Below, in pieces: positions 33,616 through 45,485 of a stretch of 64,000 nucleotides of DNA. Each line of letters opens with the position of its first letter. Within the stretch, counting starts at the first letter, position 1. Origin of the DNA: Mobula hypostoma. Lineage: Eukaryota. The stretch spans positions 22,074,001 to 22,138,000 of the forward strand of contig NC_086118.1 in assembly GCF_963921235.1 (NCBI RefSeq). Direction: 5' to 3'. The position numbers and the translations under genes were made by a program. The notes under the pieces are model-generated. The model was not told where the DNA came from. It made no database searches and was given only the letters and a program-made list of their open reading frames with translations.

Positions 33616-35925
33616 GCTTTTCTTAGATAAGAGGCCCAAAAAATGTTCACAGTACACCAAATGTGGCCTAACTAATGCCTTATAAAGCTTCACATTACAT
33701 CCTTGCTCTTATATTCTAGTCTTCTTGAAATGAATGCTAACATTGCATTTACCTAACTTAGTACAGACTCAATATGCAAGTTAACCTGGAGGGATTCCTG
33801 CACAAGGACTCTGAAGTCCCTTTGCACCTCTGAATTTTGAATTTTCTCCCCATTTACAAAATGGTCTTCACCTTTATCCCTTCTACTGAAGTGCATGACC
33901 ATATACTTATCGACACTATATTCCATCTGTCACTTCTTTGCCCATTCTTCCAATCAGTCCAAGTCCTTTAGCAGAGTCCCTGCTTCCTCTACACTACCTG
34001 CCTCTCCAACTATCTTCAGTTCTTCTGTAAACTTGGCGACAAAGCCATCAATTCCATCCTGTGAATCATTGACATATAACATAAGAAGAAGCCGGTTCCT
34101 TCGGAACACCGCTACCCACTGGCAGCCAATCAGAATAGGCCTCCTTTAATCTGACTTTTTGCTTTTTGCCAATCAGCCACTCTTCTATTGATGCCAATAT
34201 CTTTCCTATAACAAACTGGCTCTTTTCTTGTGAAGCAGCCTCATGTGCAGCATCTTGTCAAAGGCCTTCTGAAAATCAAAGTAAGCAAAGTAAGCACTGA
34301 CTCCCCTTTGTCTATCCTGCCTGTTATTTTCTCAAAGTACTCCAACAGATTTGTCAGGCAAAATTTCCTCATTGAGGAAGCTATGCTGACTTTGGCGTAC
34401 TTTATTATGCACCTCCAAGTACCCCGAAACCTCATTCTTAGTAATGGACTCCAACATCTTCCCAACCACCAAAGTCAGCCAAACTGGCATATAACTTGTT
34501 TACTTCTGCCTCTCTCCCCCTTCTAAAGGGTGGAATGACATCTGCAATTTTTCATTCCTTTGAAACCATTTCAGAATCTAATGATTCTTGAAGGATCATT
34601 GCTAATGTTTCCACAATACCTTCTGCTAACTTTTTCAAAACCCTGGGGTGCAGTATATCTGGTCCAGGTGACTTATCTATCTTCAGATCTTTCAGCTTCC
34701 AAAAGCCTAATAAAAGCAACTATGCCCACTTCTGACCCCTGACACTTTCTAATTTCTGGTATACTACTAGTGTCTTCCATAGTGAAGACTGTTGCAATAT
34801 AGTTATTTAATTAATTAAGTTTGCCTGCCATTTTTTGTCCCCTCATTACTACCCTTTCAGAGTAATTGTCCAACTGTTCAATATCCACCCTCACTTCTTT
34901 TTCCGTCTTTATATATCTGAAAAAACATCTTTTGGTATCCTCTTTGATAATATTAGCCAGCTTCCCTTCATATTCCATCTTTTCTCTCCTTAGGTTTTTT
35001 TTTAAATTGCCTTCTGTTGATTTTTTAAAGATTTCCCAATCTAACTTCCCATTAATTTTTGCTATATTATATGCCCTCTCTTTTGCATTTCTGTTGTCTT
35101 TGCCTTCCTTTGTCAGCCATGGTTGCCTCATCCTCCATTCCGAATACTTCTTCATCTTTTGGATGTATCTATCCATGCCTTCTGAATTGTTCCCAGAAAC
35201 TCCAGCCATTGCTGTTCTACCATCATCCCTGCTAGTGTCCCCTTCCAATTAACTTTGGCTAGCTCTATTCAATATATGTATACTGTAGTTGATTTACTTA
35301 TTTATTTATTATTATTATTATTATTTTATTTTGGTTTTTTTTCTTCTATATTATGTATTGCGTTGAACTGCTGCTGCTAAGTTAACAAATTTCACATCAC
35401 ATGCCGGTGATAATAAACCTGATTCTGATTCTGATTCTCTTCTCTCATGCCTCTGTAATTCTCTTTACTCTGTTGTAGTACTGACACATCTGACTTTATG
35501 CTCTCCCTCTCAAAGTACAGTATGAATTCTATCATAATATGATCACTGCCTCCCATGGCTTCCTTTACCTTAAGTTCCCGAATCAAATCAAGTTTATTGC
35601 ACAACACCCAATCCAGAATTGCCTTTCCTCTGGTGGTCTAAACCACAAGCTGCTCTAAAAAGCCATCTCACAGGCATTCTACAAATTCCTTCTCTTGGGA
35701 ATCCAGCAACAATCTGAGTTTCCCAATCTACTGTATCTGCATATTGAAACTCCCCATGACGCCCCATAACATTGGCCTTATTACATGCTTTTCTATCTCC
35801 CATCGAAATTTATGTCCCACATTTTCGCTGCTCTTCTGCCTGTGTATAATTCCCATCAGGGTATCTTTTCTATTTCAGTTTCTTACAAGGATTATACATT
35901 TTCTGATCCTATGTGACCTCTTTCT
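33616..35925 (-). mobile_element. Degenerate CR1 LINE (endonuclease-RT relics) with a Rex-type tail inserted at ~35265-35440
   Basis: ORFs FCLTNLLEYFE, QPWLTK...FFRYIK and EAMGGSDHIMIEF (APE SDH motif). Confidence 0.85.
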
Positions 35926-35927
35926 TA

Positions 35928-36850
35928 GGGGAATGGTAGTGGACAGCAATCTTGAGGTCATGCCACAGATGTTCAATCAGGTTAAGGTCAGGACTCTGAC
36001 TGGGACTCTCAAGAACATAAATTTTCTAAATTTGAATCTACTCCATGGTTGCCCTGACAGCATGCTTTGGTCATTGTCCTGCTGAAAAATGAACTTCCTC
36101 CACGGTTTAAGCTTTCTGGAAGAAGCTAGCAAGTTTTTATCCAGGATCTCTCTGTTCTTAGCAACATTCATCTTTCTATCAATCCAGACTGGATTTCCAG
36201 TTCATGCTGCTGCAAAGTATCATTATAGTATGAAACTACCTCCACCATAGTTTACAATAGGGATGGTGTTACCTGGATGTGCATTATTAGATCTACGCCA
36301 CACATACTGCTTAGTGTTGAGGCAAAAAAAAGTTCCAGTTTATTCTCATCCAACCACAAGACCTTCTTCCTCATCTTTACGGTAAGTGACAATCTTCCTC
36401 ATCTTTACGGTAAGTGACAATCTTCCTCATCTTTACAGTAAGTGACAATCTGGGCGAGGATATGTTCTTTTTTTTAGCCAGGGTTTCTTCCTTGCCTCTC
36501 TTCCATAAATACCCCTTTTGTGCAAGGCCTTAGAGATTGTGGAGCCATGAACTTCATCTCCAGTTGCAGCTATTGACTTCCACAGTTCGCTCAGAGTAAT
36601 TGTTGGCATCACAGTAGACTCTCTTATAAAGTGACATTTCTTCTCCAGTGACTAAGTTTAGATGGGTGCTCTGATCCAGCCAGTGCATCTGAGGTTTCAT
36701 ACTTTACTCCACTTTTTCACGATGGGCTGCACTAAACTCCGAGGTATGTTCAGTGCCTTTGAGGTAGTCTTGTACTCTTCTCCAAATTTGTGCTTCTCTA
36801 TTATAATTTCCCTGACTTTTTTTGAAAGCACTTTTATCTTCATTTGCTAT
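35928..36850 (-). mobile_element. Degenerate Tc1 transposase fragment
   Basis: ORF 35977-36171 MNVAKNREILDKNLLASSRKL...FIFQQDND (Tc1 DD34E region); decayed WPSQSPDLN at ~35975-36005. Confidence 0.85.
36365..36448. repeat. 28-bp tandem repeat x3
   Basis: TCTTCCTCATCTTTAC(G/A)GTAAGTGACAA three times, with one mismatch. Confidence 0.95.
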
Positions 36851-36879
36851 GGTCTGTTGATGCATGATGAGTTTCAGCT

Positions 36880-37900
36880 GAATTTTGGGTAAACTGACAG
36901 GGAACTGAACTGTGGAAGAACAGAGGATTCTGGGAATACAGATCCTTAATTCTTTGAAAGTAGCATCACAGGTAGATAAGGTCATAAAGAGAGCTTTTGG
37001 CTCATTGGCCTTCATAAATCTAAGTATCCAGTGCAGGAGTTGGGATGTTGTGTTGAAGTTGTACAAGACATTGGTGAGGCCTAATTTGGAGTATTGTGTA
37101 CAGTTTCAGTCATCTATTTACAAGAATGATATCAGTAAGATTGAAAGAGAACAAAAATATTTAAAAGGATGTTGCTGGGTCTGGAGGACCTGAGTTATAT
37201 CAAAAGATTCAATAGGTTAGGACTTTATTCCTTGGAATGTAGAAGATTAAGAGGAGATTCGATAGAGATATACCAAATCATGAGGGGACCGATAGGGTAA
37301 ATGCAATTGGGCTTTTTCCACTGAGGATTGGAGGTCATGAGTTAAGGATAAAATGTGAAATATTTAAGGGGAACCAGATGGGAACTTCTTCACTCAGAAG
37401 ATGGTGATAGTGTGAAACGAGCTGTCAGCAGAAGTGGTGAATACAGATTTGATTGCAAAATTTACAAGAAATTTGGATGGGAATGGTTTGGATGAGAAAG
37501 GTATAGAGGGCTATGGTCCATGTGGGTGTCAATGGGACTAAGCAGAATAGCAGTTTGGCATGGACTAGATTGGTCAAATATTTTGTTTTTGTGTTGTAGT
37601 GCTCTATGACACTGTAACACTATGTCTCTATAATTAGTGGTGGTGGGGGGGGGAGTTGGTTATACACAGAGGGTGTTGGATACATAAGATAGGATGCTAG
37701 AGGAAGCTGCAGAGGTGAATACAATTGTGCTATTGAGAAAAAGCATCTTGGTAAGTATATGGATAGAAAACGTTTAGAAGGATATGAGCCAAACACAGAC
37801 AAATGCTAATACATCAGACAGAATTCTTGGTCATCTTAGGTAAATTGGGCTGAAGAACCTGTTTTTCTGTTCTGTATAACTCTATGATATTATGACTTTA
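36880..37900 (+). mobile_element. CR1 LINE 3' fragments (two adjacent copies)
   Basis: ORF 36912-37193 LYKTLVRPNLEYCVQF; CR1 3' ends at ~37620 and ~37900. Another short CR1 3' piece lies at ~38790-39010. Confidence 0.8.
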
Positions 37901-40315
37901 TGACAAACTTAGAACCCATGATACACTGAGAATTCATTCAAATAACCCCTCTGGCCTCATGAATGACAAAGGACGACCCTTTTGTTAACATGGATTTGCT
38001 GCAAGATCACCCAAAGAGCAGCGTGCAATTTTTTTCAGCAGTCTTGAAATTTTCATAGCTTAGCAATTGCCCCATTTAGAAAGTAGGACAAAAAAATTTA
38101 TCTCTTGCAACCTTACTGAATGGCTCTTACAGGAACACAAGCTCAGCGATGAACCCCCCCTACAAATAGTCCATGAGCAAAGCTCTTGGAGAAGAAAATT
38201 ACAGATCTTGATTCAAATAGCTGGGCCATTTTGCTAAAAGATGGCCTGTAGCCCACAGTATTCCATATGATGGTATCTTTTTTTCAATCCTTCTATCAGT
38301 GTGTGCAGTCTTCATTGAATTCAGAATTGATGAAGGGTTTGCAGACAAAATTTCTTTTTTTCTTTATTGATGCTGATCTGGGGTTTATTTCCAGAATTTT
38401 CCGCTTTTATTTCGTTTCTGCTATTGTCAGTATTGCTCTTCTGGACTAGGTTGAACCAAGATCTTAATGAGGTCTCCATTAAAGCACCTATTGTTTCATT
38501 CATGAGTGGGGATAATACCTCCCAATAAACCAATGCCATTGAGCTGGTCATTAATCTGATTGTTGCTCAACAGTTACTGCTCTGACAATAATTCAGAGTA
38601 TAAGGAGACTCTGAGAAGTCCTGAAAGGCACAGTGAGGGACTTTTTGAATGTAAATTTACAGTCTTCCATCTTTCCTGATAGTAAGACAAATCATGGCAA
38701 GGACTCATTTGGTGGTTTAAGGTAACAAATGCAAATTTCAAATTGAGTCTTAAGGCATTGAAATGATAGCAGCAGCCAAAGCTAATGGAGACACTTTCAC
38801 ATATCTCCTATTCCCAGAGGGTGGTGAGAGAATGGAACAAGCTGCCAGCAGGAGTGGTGGATTCGAGTTCGACTTCAATATTTAAAAGAAATTTAGAACG
38901 GGTATAGAGGGCTATGGTCCTGGTACAGGTCAATGGGACTAGGCTGATTAATAGTTCAGCACAGACTAGATGGGCCCAAGGGCCTGTTTCTATGCTGTAG
39001 TGCTCTATGATTGTTCTATACTTAATTCCAGCTGGGCTGGACTATATGGACAGTATACAAAGATTTGATCAATTTTATTGAGTCACTTGCTGATACCCAC
39101 AGAGGGAATAACACCTAAAGAATGGTAAAGGCATTGGATCACCTACATAAGATGGACTGCTACAGTTTGTGAAGGTTGCTCGACAATACCTTTTAAGGGT
39201 AACAAAGGCAAACCTTGTCACTCGGAACTATGAATTTTAAAAACAGCTGGAGATGTTAATGCGTAGATGACACGTTTAGAACTGTTGCTGGTAGTGAGAG
39301 ATGTTCTACAGGAAAGGACAGGAGAAGGTCGAAAATAACGTTAAACAGATGTATAAGTAGCTTGTTTTTTTCTAAAGCACACTAAATATAGTGTTGACTA
39401 ATATTATGTATTTATACGGTATCGTCATGAGGCATCAACATGGGAAAAGAGAAAAGAAGTCCATAATCAATTTGAGAGGTACTGTATATCTGTTCTAAAG
39501 TTTTATTATTTTGCATCAGGATCCTAATTTGATCTCATTTCCGCCCCCGACTCACAAACAGTTAAACCCAGTGGATTCTGATAACTGTCTCCTCTTTATG
39601 TACAACAGTTTTTTACAGATGATGAAGGTCTAATGCAGATCTTAAAAACATGATTCTTCTGCTTCTGTTTGAGATTTCAAGACTGTACTCCATAACTTCT
39701 GTGTTGTACTCTGTATAACAAGTACAGAGTGAGAAGATGCTGGAGAGCATTACAGTTGCATTGTGTAACATAGTGTGGTGTTGTTGTAATAGCCCCTGAA
39801 TGGAATTCCTTGTTATCCTTAATCTCAGCAGATTAGTTGAAAGAATGGATACATTTTTAAAGGAAACCTGACCCTGGTTAAAAGTCTGATTGAACTCCAA
39901 AATCCACAAATGGTTATTACTGTATCATTTTTTTTCTGTGTCTGGCCATCTCTGTGTGTGGTGCCGTTGTACCATCATCATAATTGCAGTCAAGATTAAA
40001 TGCTTTTAAAGTTACTTACTGCAAATGTTTATGTTCATTGAATCAATAAACATCAGTGCAAAAAGCTGGAAGTACTTGTAGTTGCATCCATGTCAAGCTC
40101 TCAGTTCAGGTACTTGATAAATCACATGTGTCTCCACCCTCTCCATCCGAACTGCCCTAACCTTCACCCCAGAAGGGTTCTCCATTTCGCACTGGGATGA
40201 GACAACCATCAGTTTGATGTTTTTGCTGCAGCAAAATGATTGGTCAGTGAGTCATTCGTGATTCATGGCTATGGGGCCCTAGTAATTCAAGCAGTGATCA
40301 GATATTCTCCTACAG

Positions 40316-40389
40316 CAGGGGCTCCCAACCCTTTTTTCATGCCATGGGCATTAAGTAAGAGGTCCATGGACCCCAGGTTGGGAAGCCTG
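40316..40389 (+). mobile_element. Tiny hAT (Charlie-like) MITE, copy 1
   Basis: TIR CAGGGGCTCCCAACC / GGTTGGGAAGCCTG; degenerate 8-bp TSD. Confidence 0.7.
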
Positions 40390-40532
40390 TTCTCGAGGAA
40401 CTTAACAGAGAAGATCAAATCAACATTCAGTGTTGAATGTGAACCTGGGTAAAAGTACCACATGCTTACTCAGATTTTGTCTTTGAGTAGCTATCTTCCC
40501 TTTACCTCCTCCACCCAGCAATCTCTCTAAAC

Positions 40533-40598
40533 CAGGGGTCCATGGACCTCTTGCTTAATGGTTTTGGTCAATGGCATAAAAGAAGTTGGGAACCCTTG
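40533..40598 (-). mobile_element. Tiny hAT (Charlie-like) MITE, copy 2, opposite orientation
   Basis: Perfect 8-bp TSD CTCTAAAC at 40525-40532 / 40599-40606; shares GGGGTCCATGGACCTCTT with copy 1. Confidence 0.8.
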
Positions 40599-41429
40599 CT
40601 CTAAACCATTATAATTTCGGTTGTTGCTTCTCATGTAGAAAAGGAAATAAAGATGGAAATTCTACTGCTTGTTCAGACTAATTAAATTACAAGTTGTTGT
40701 ATGTATTGCTTCTGCATGCTGTCTGACTCTTGTCCTTTTAGTCCAAAGGTCACAATCCCTAAGTGAGTTTCACATTTTATGAGCAGTCTCTATATACATT
40801 ACAGAGCTTTTAATTATTTGAGCCTTTCAGTGAGTAGCCCATATTTTCAGTTCAACAGGTTTTTGAGCTGAATGTTTCAGCAAGATAGTATCATTATTCG
40901 TTACTAACTAGTATTAAAAGGCATCATGCAAAGGAGCAAAGTACACTATCATTCTGTCCCTCAATTTTACACACCCGTTCTAGGATGTTCAATAATCTCC
41001 AGACAGATTAATGAATCAGCCAATCCCAGGATTCCAATAAAAATAAAGACTGTCTATATCTTTTGATATCTGCTACTCTGTACAATATATTAACCATCTG
41101 CTCCCTCTGTTCATGAGAGCTTACTGCTCTTGCTACATTCTGCTGAAGGCATAAGTCTGTTCATTTATTTTGCATTGGGATCCTACTTTAACTTTCTTTC
41201 GGTATGTGACTCATAAATAAGTTTAATCAGCGCTGGGGATTCAGATACAGGGCTTGGTACCTCTTGACATCCAACAAGTTTTTACAGACTTGATGCAGGT
41301 CTAATACAATCCTAAAGACATGATTCTTTTGGGGTTGAAGATAAGCCATAATCTCCTTAAAACATTTGTTTTAAGAATTTTAATATCATGGAGGTTGGAG
41401 GAAATCAGTGGTTGGTTGAGTAACTAGGG

Positions 41430-41640
41430 AAAGCACAGCGGATAAACTTGTTGCATCACATCTTTGGTGATCCTGTTTTGGCTGTGTGGAGTATGCAGAC
41501 ACTCCCTGCAGCTGCAAGGGTTTCTTCTGGGCATTCTTGTCTCTTCCCACCTTCCAAATGCATGCATATAGGTAGCTTTAATTTATTATTATAAATTGCC
41601 AGTGGTACAGGAGAATCAGGAAGGTTTAGTAGTCATCTAA
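41430..41640 (+). mobile_element. Old V-domain SINE (HE1-like) remnant
   Basis: ctgtgtggagtatgcagacactccctg...gggtttcttctgggcattc...cttcccaccttccaaa resembles the V-SINE central domain as remembered. Confidence 0.55.
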
Positions 41641-41659
41641 GAGATAATACGTTGTATGG

Positions 41660-41970
41660 GTCCACAGCAGGGGTGATAAGTTTGTGGCCTAAGGTAGAAG
41701 GAGATGAATTATTAACTTCAAACTTTCTGCATAATCAGTCAAAGAGTTGACCTGCATGTGCATGTAACAAGAGCTGTTCCTTCTACCTTAGGCCACAAAC
41801 TTATCAATCATCCCTGCTGTGGACACTTTCTGGAGGTCCAAGATCCGTATGCTCCATGACTACTGGACTAAGTGCGTATATGAGGAGGGGAGTATGTTGA
41901 AAAATAAATGTGCTAGGTTTTCTAAAATTGACTCCTTCTACCTTAGGCCACGAACTTCTCAATCCCCCCT
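41660..41970. mobile_element. Mariner-derived non-autonomous element, copy 2
   Basis: Inverted ends GGGGTGATAAGTTTGTGGCCTAAGGTAGAAGG ... CCTTCTACCTTAGGCCACGAACTT, an internal TIR copy, and the transposase tail WTKCV...YVEK*. Confidence 0.75.
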
Positions 41971-42361
41971 CTTACTTCTATTGAGGTTATGACGAAACTG
42001 GAAATTTCTAATTAATAAATGGTTACAAACTGTGAACCAAAAAAATTCTAATAATTGAGGGTAGGATGTAGAAAATCAAACTTTTGTCTTCAAGTCCCCA
42101 TATTTCCTAAAATTACTGTCATATTTAATTTCTCAACAATTTACTTTTCAGTATCATCATGGCATCAGATACCAAAAGCTCTTCTACACCACTTCCAGCT
42201 CAAATATTCCTCTACCTCACTTGACAATTTGCAGACGGCTTATCTGACATCCAGTCCAGAAAGAGCAGCAATTTTCTGTTTCTCATCCGGCAAATGTGTT
42301 GTCTGCATACTCTCCAGCTGAGTATTTCCAAAGCTTTTTCTTTTATTTTAGATTTTCAGTC

Positions 42362-43008
42362 TGAAGCCACCTAGGTTTCCTTGGCTGCGCAAGTCTAGGG
42401 AAGACAACCTCCAGCCCTGCCAAACTTGTGAGATTGAGACGTATTTGATCCATCGCCAAACTACGGTTTGTGTGGGTGCTAAAGTCAGCTGCTACCCTGT
42501 TACAAATTATTGCCAGGAAATAACAGACTGTACATTGCATACAATTAAAGGAATTATATTTATGAATCTTAACTGAAGGGCTAGAAAAAAAGAACAAAAA
42601 GAAAAGGACCAATTCCAATTGAACAGTCAAACGTGCACTAGTTAGAGCTCATCTTGAACTTCTCTGTCACTCACGTGCTGGGCCCTTGGTCAACGTGAAA
42701 GCACACACCACCTTTCAAACATCGTTCGCAACCCATCTCGAACAAACGGGTCTCCCACCGGATCGGATGCTACAACTGGTTCTCCACAGCATCTTCTCTC
42801 TTCATCTCCTTTCAAGCAAAAGCCTGAAGCCCAACCTTATTGTTCTTCACCAAGAAAACCTCCCACTAGTTGGATGGCACACATTCCACATCATCCCTTA
42901 TCTTCAACAATAACCCAAACAGGCTGAAAGTAGAACAAACAGCTCTTACAGAGCAGCTAAATGAAATACCTACAGCATAACAGTAAAGATGTGAACCAGG
43001 GCATTACA
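42362..43008. mobile_element. Probable solo LTR
   Basis: A 647-bp TG...CA segment with a 4-bp AGTC/AGTA flank splits an old PLE-end remnant (agattttcagt|atctgca). Confidence 0.55.
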
Positions 43009-43129
43009 AGTATCTGCATTTTGCTTGGATTTTCGGAAGTTTTCTCTCACTACATATCGAGTAGACCAAAGCCATTCAACAGATTATTTGCAACACCAGG
43101 GTCATATTTTGTCCCAAACTGAACTTTAA

Positions 43130-44335
43130 AACACATATCCATACAATTATCCAGACATTTTAATTTTATCACAATTATATCTGCTCAGGCTCTCTATCTT
43201 TGAAACCATCACCCATCTGATCTTTCACCTCCAGATTTGAGCATGCCAATATAGATCTGGTGGGATTCCCTCATTCCACCCTCTACAGACATGAAATCAT
43301 CCAGAGCTTTGCTGCCTGTGTGCTAGTTTATACTGTTAACCCACCATCCATGACCTTGCAGCCAGTTAAGACCATAAGACCATAAAATATAGTAGCAGAA
43401 TTAGGCCATTTGGCCCTTCGAGTCTGCTCTGGCATTTCACAATAGCAAATTAATTTCCCTTTCAGCTCCGACCCCCTGCCTTCTCCCTGTATCCCCTCAT
43501 GCCTTGACTTATCAAGAATCTATCAACCTCTGCCATAAATATACTCAATGACCATGGTGAAAAAATTTCACAGATTCACCACTCTCTGGCTAAAGAAATT
43601 CCTCACTCTAAGTGGATGCCCCTCTCTCCTGAGGCTGTGTCTTCTGGTCTGAGACTCGCCACCATAAGAAACACGCACTTTGAATCCACTCTATTGAGGC
43701 CTTTCAACATTTGAAAAGTTTCAATGAGGTTTCTCCTCTTCCTTCTGAATTCCAGTGAGTACAGGACCGGAGCCATCAAACGCTCCTCATATGATAAGTC
43801 TTTCAATCGCGGAATCATTTTCATGAACTTCCTTTCAACCCTCTCCAACGTCAACCCGAAACTGTTCACAATTCTCCAAGTGAGGCCTCACAAGTGCCTG
43901 ATAAAGCATCAACATTACATCCTTGCTGTCATATTCTGGTCCTCTCAAAATGAGGTAAGACTTTTATATTCTAGTCCTCAAGAGTGAAGACTCTTGATCT
44001 TAATATCTTCATCCTTATTTGGCATTCCATCATCCTCCTTATTTCTGCATACTCTCCAGCCAAAGCTTCTCTAATTCTGGCCTCTTGATCACCCTGGAAT
44101 TTAATCTGTCATATCTTCAGCTGTCAGGGCTCCAAGCTGTGGAATTTTCACTTTATCATTATCTCTCTTTCATTCTGTTAAATGATCCTTAAATGCCGCC
44201 TTATTGATCAAGATTGATGTCAGCGACCTTAAAATCTCTTCAAGTGATCTTGTTTCATTTTTTTTTCTGATGATATTCCTGTGAAGCACCTTGGAACATT
44301 TAGCCATTTTAAAAGTACTATATAAATAAAATTCT
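43130..44335 (+). mobile_element. Old L2 LINE 3' fragment interrupted by a minus-strand CR1 (43367-43960)
   Basis: L2-type end cctgtgaagcaccttgg...tatataaat at ~44280-44330; CR1 ORF 43603-43869 LSYEERL...LYSLEFRR and CATAAGAC tail at ~43370. Confidence 0.65.
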
Positions 44336-44720
44336 TATCACTTTAAATGAATTAACGTCATGCATTCATAACCTAAGACTATAAAATGAATATAAAATTA
44401 CCTAGTGAAATCTTGTATGTGAGGAGCATCTTTATTGGTTTTGTGTAAATGTGCTACTTTTTTATTCTAAGAAATTACTTGCCATAAATTTGCATTGATT
44501 ATTCAGTGAATGATTTCAGGAAGGATGAAGAGAAGGTGATATTAGGTCTGAGTATTTAATTCTTAGGTTAGACTGTTTAATTGTTATTTTCTTTGCTGTT
44601 TAAGAATTAATTATCTGCTTGCATTTTAAGTAGTCCTTATATGCATATAACAATTTAATAAACCTCTAATGGCTATACAAAGTATACTACTAGAAAGCTC
44701 TGGAAGCTTCTTTGTTCTGC

Positions 44721-44847
44721 ATTATTTGAATATATCCTTTCTCATTGGTTAAGCTGGTACTGCATTATTTAAATAAATGCTTTCTCATTGCTTGACTCTT
44801 ATCTTCAAATTTGAATGGAATTTTTTCTTATTTCTTTGGGTATAAAA
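44721..44847 (+). promoter_or_regulatory. Candidate Pol II promoter (duplicated motif block plus TATA)
   Basis: Two ~30-bp direct repeats CTGCATTATTT(G/A)AATA.AT.CTTTCTCATTG, octamer-like ATTTGAAT, a reverse CCAAT, and TATAAAA at 44841, in unique sequence. Confidence 0.25.
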
Positions 44848-45485
44848 TAGCTAAACACAAACCTGTGCCATCTTAATCTTCTTAGCATTTCTGTCTCCTG
44901 TTCTTAAGCCTTCTGCTACTATTTTCTGCTCCTGTTTCCTTTGCTTCTATCAACACCTAATAAAATGATTGCAAACCAACAAGTTTTGTGCCTCTTTCCT
45001 GACTTTTGAAAGGACCTTGGATCGAAAACATCAGGATCCATCAGTTCTATGTAAAGGAAATTAAAGCAGGAAGTCCTTGGTTCTCCATGGGTGAGATAGA
45101 ATTGAAATTGTTGCAGTAAGAATATACAATACAAATAGGATTTCAGGTTATATTACCAGATTTAAGATTCCTAAGGTCAATCCCTGGTCAGGCTGCACCT
45201 GGAATAAAGTGTACTGTTCTGGTCTTCATAATGCAGATGGCTTGTGCAGACCTCAAGAGGAGAAAGCTTGGCTCATTTCCAGTGTTAATAGAGCTATTAT
45301 GAGAAGCAAAATTAGCTTAGCATATTTACAGTAATTGAGTCAGACAGCATGTTGCAAAGGGGTATATGAAATACTTAACCATTCAAGTCTCAGGATTATC
45401 ATCCTTAAAATTCATCATCTCTTTTTTTTATCGTTGATTACACTTGCATCAAACATTTAGTTGTTTCATCTAAATCTCTACACAC

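Noticed and set aside
36365..36448. CRISPR-like 28-bp repeats
   Set aside because: The units are directly adjacent with no spacers, there are no cas genes, and the context is eukaryotic.
39613..39909. 60-120 aa ORFs in AT-rich unique DNA (also 6788-7117, 21375-21719, 47904-48212)
   Set aside because: They have no recognisable domains, and their lengths are compatible with chance.
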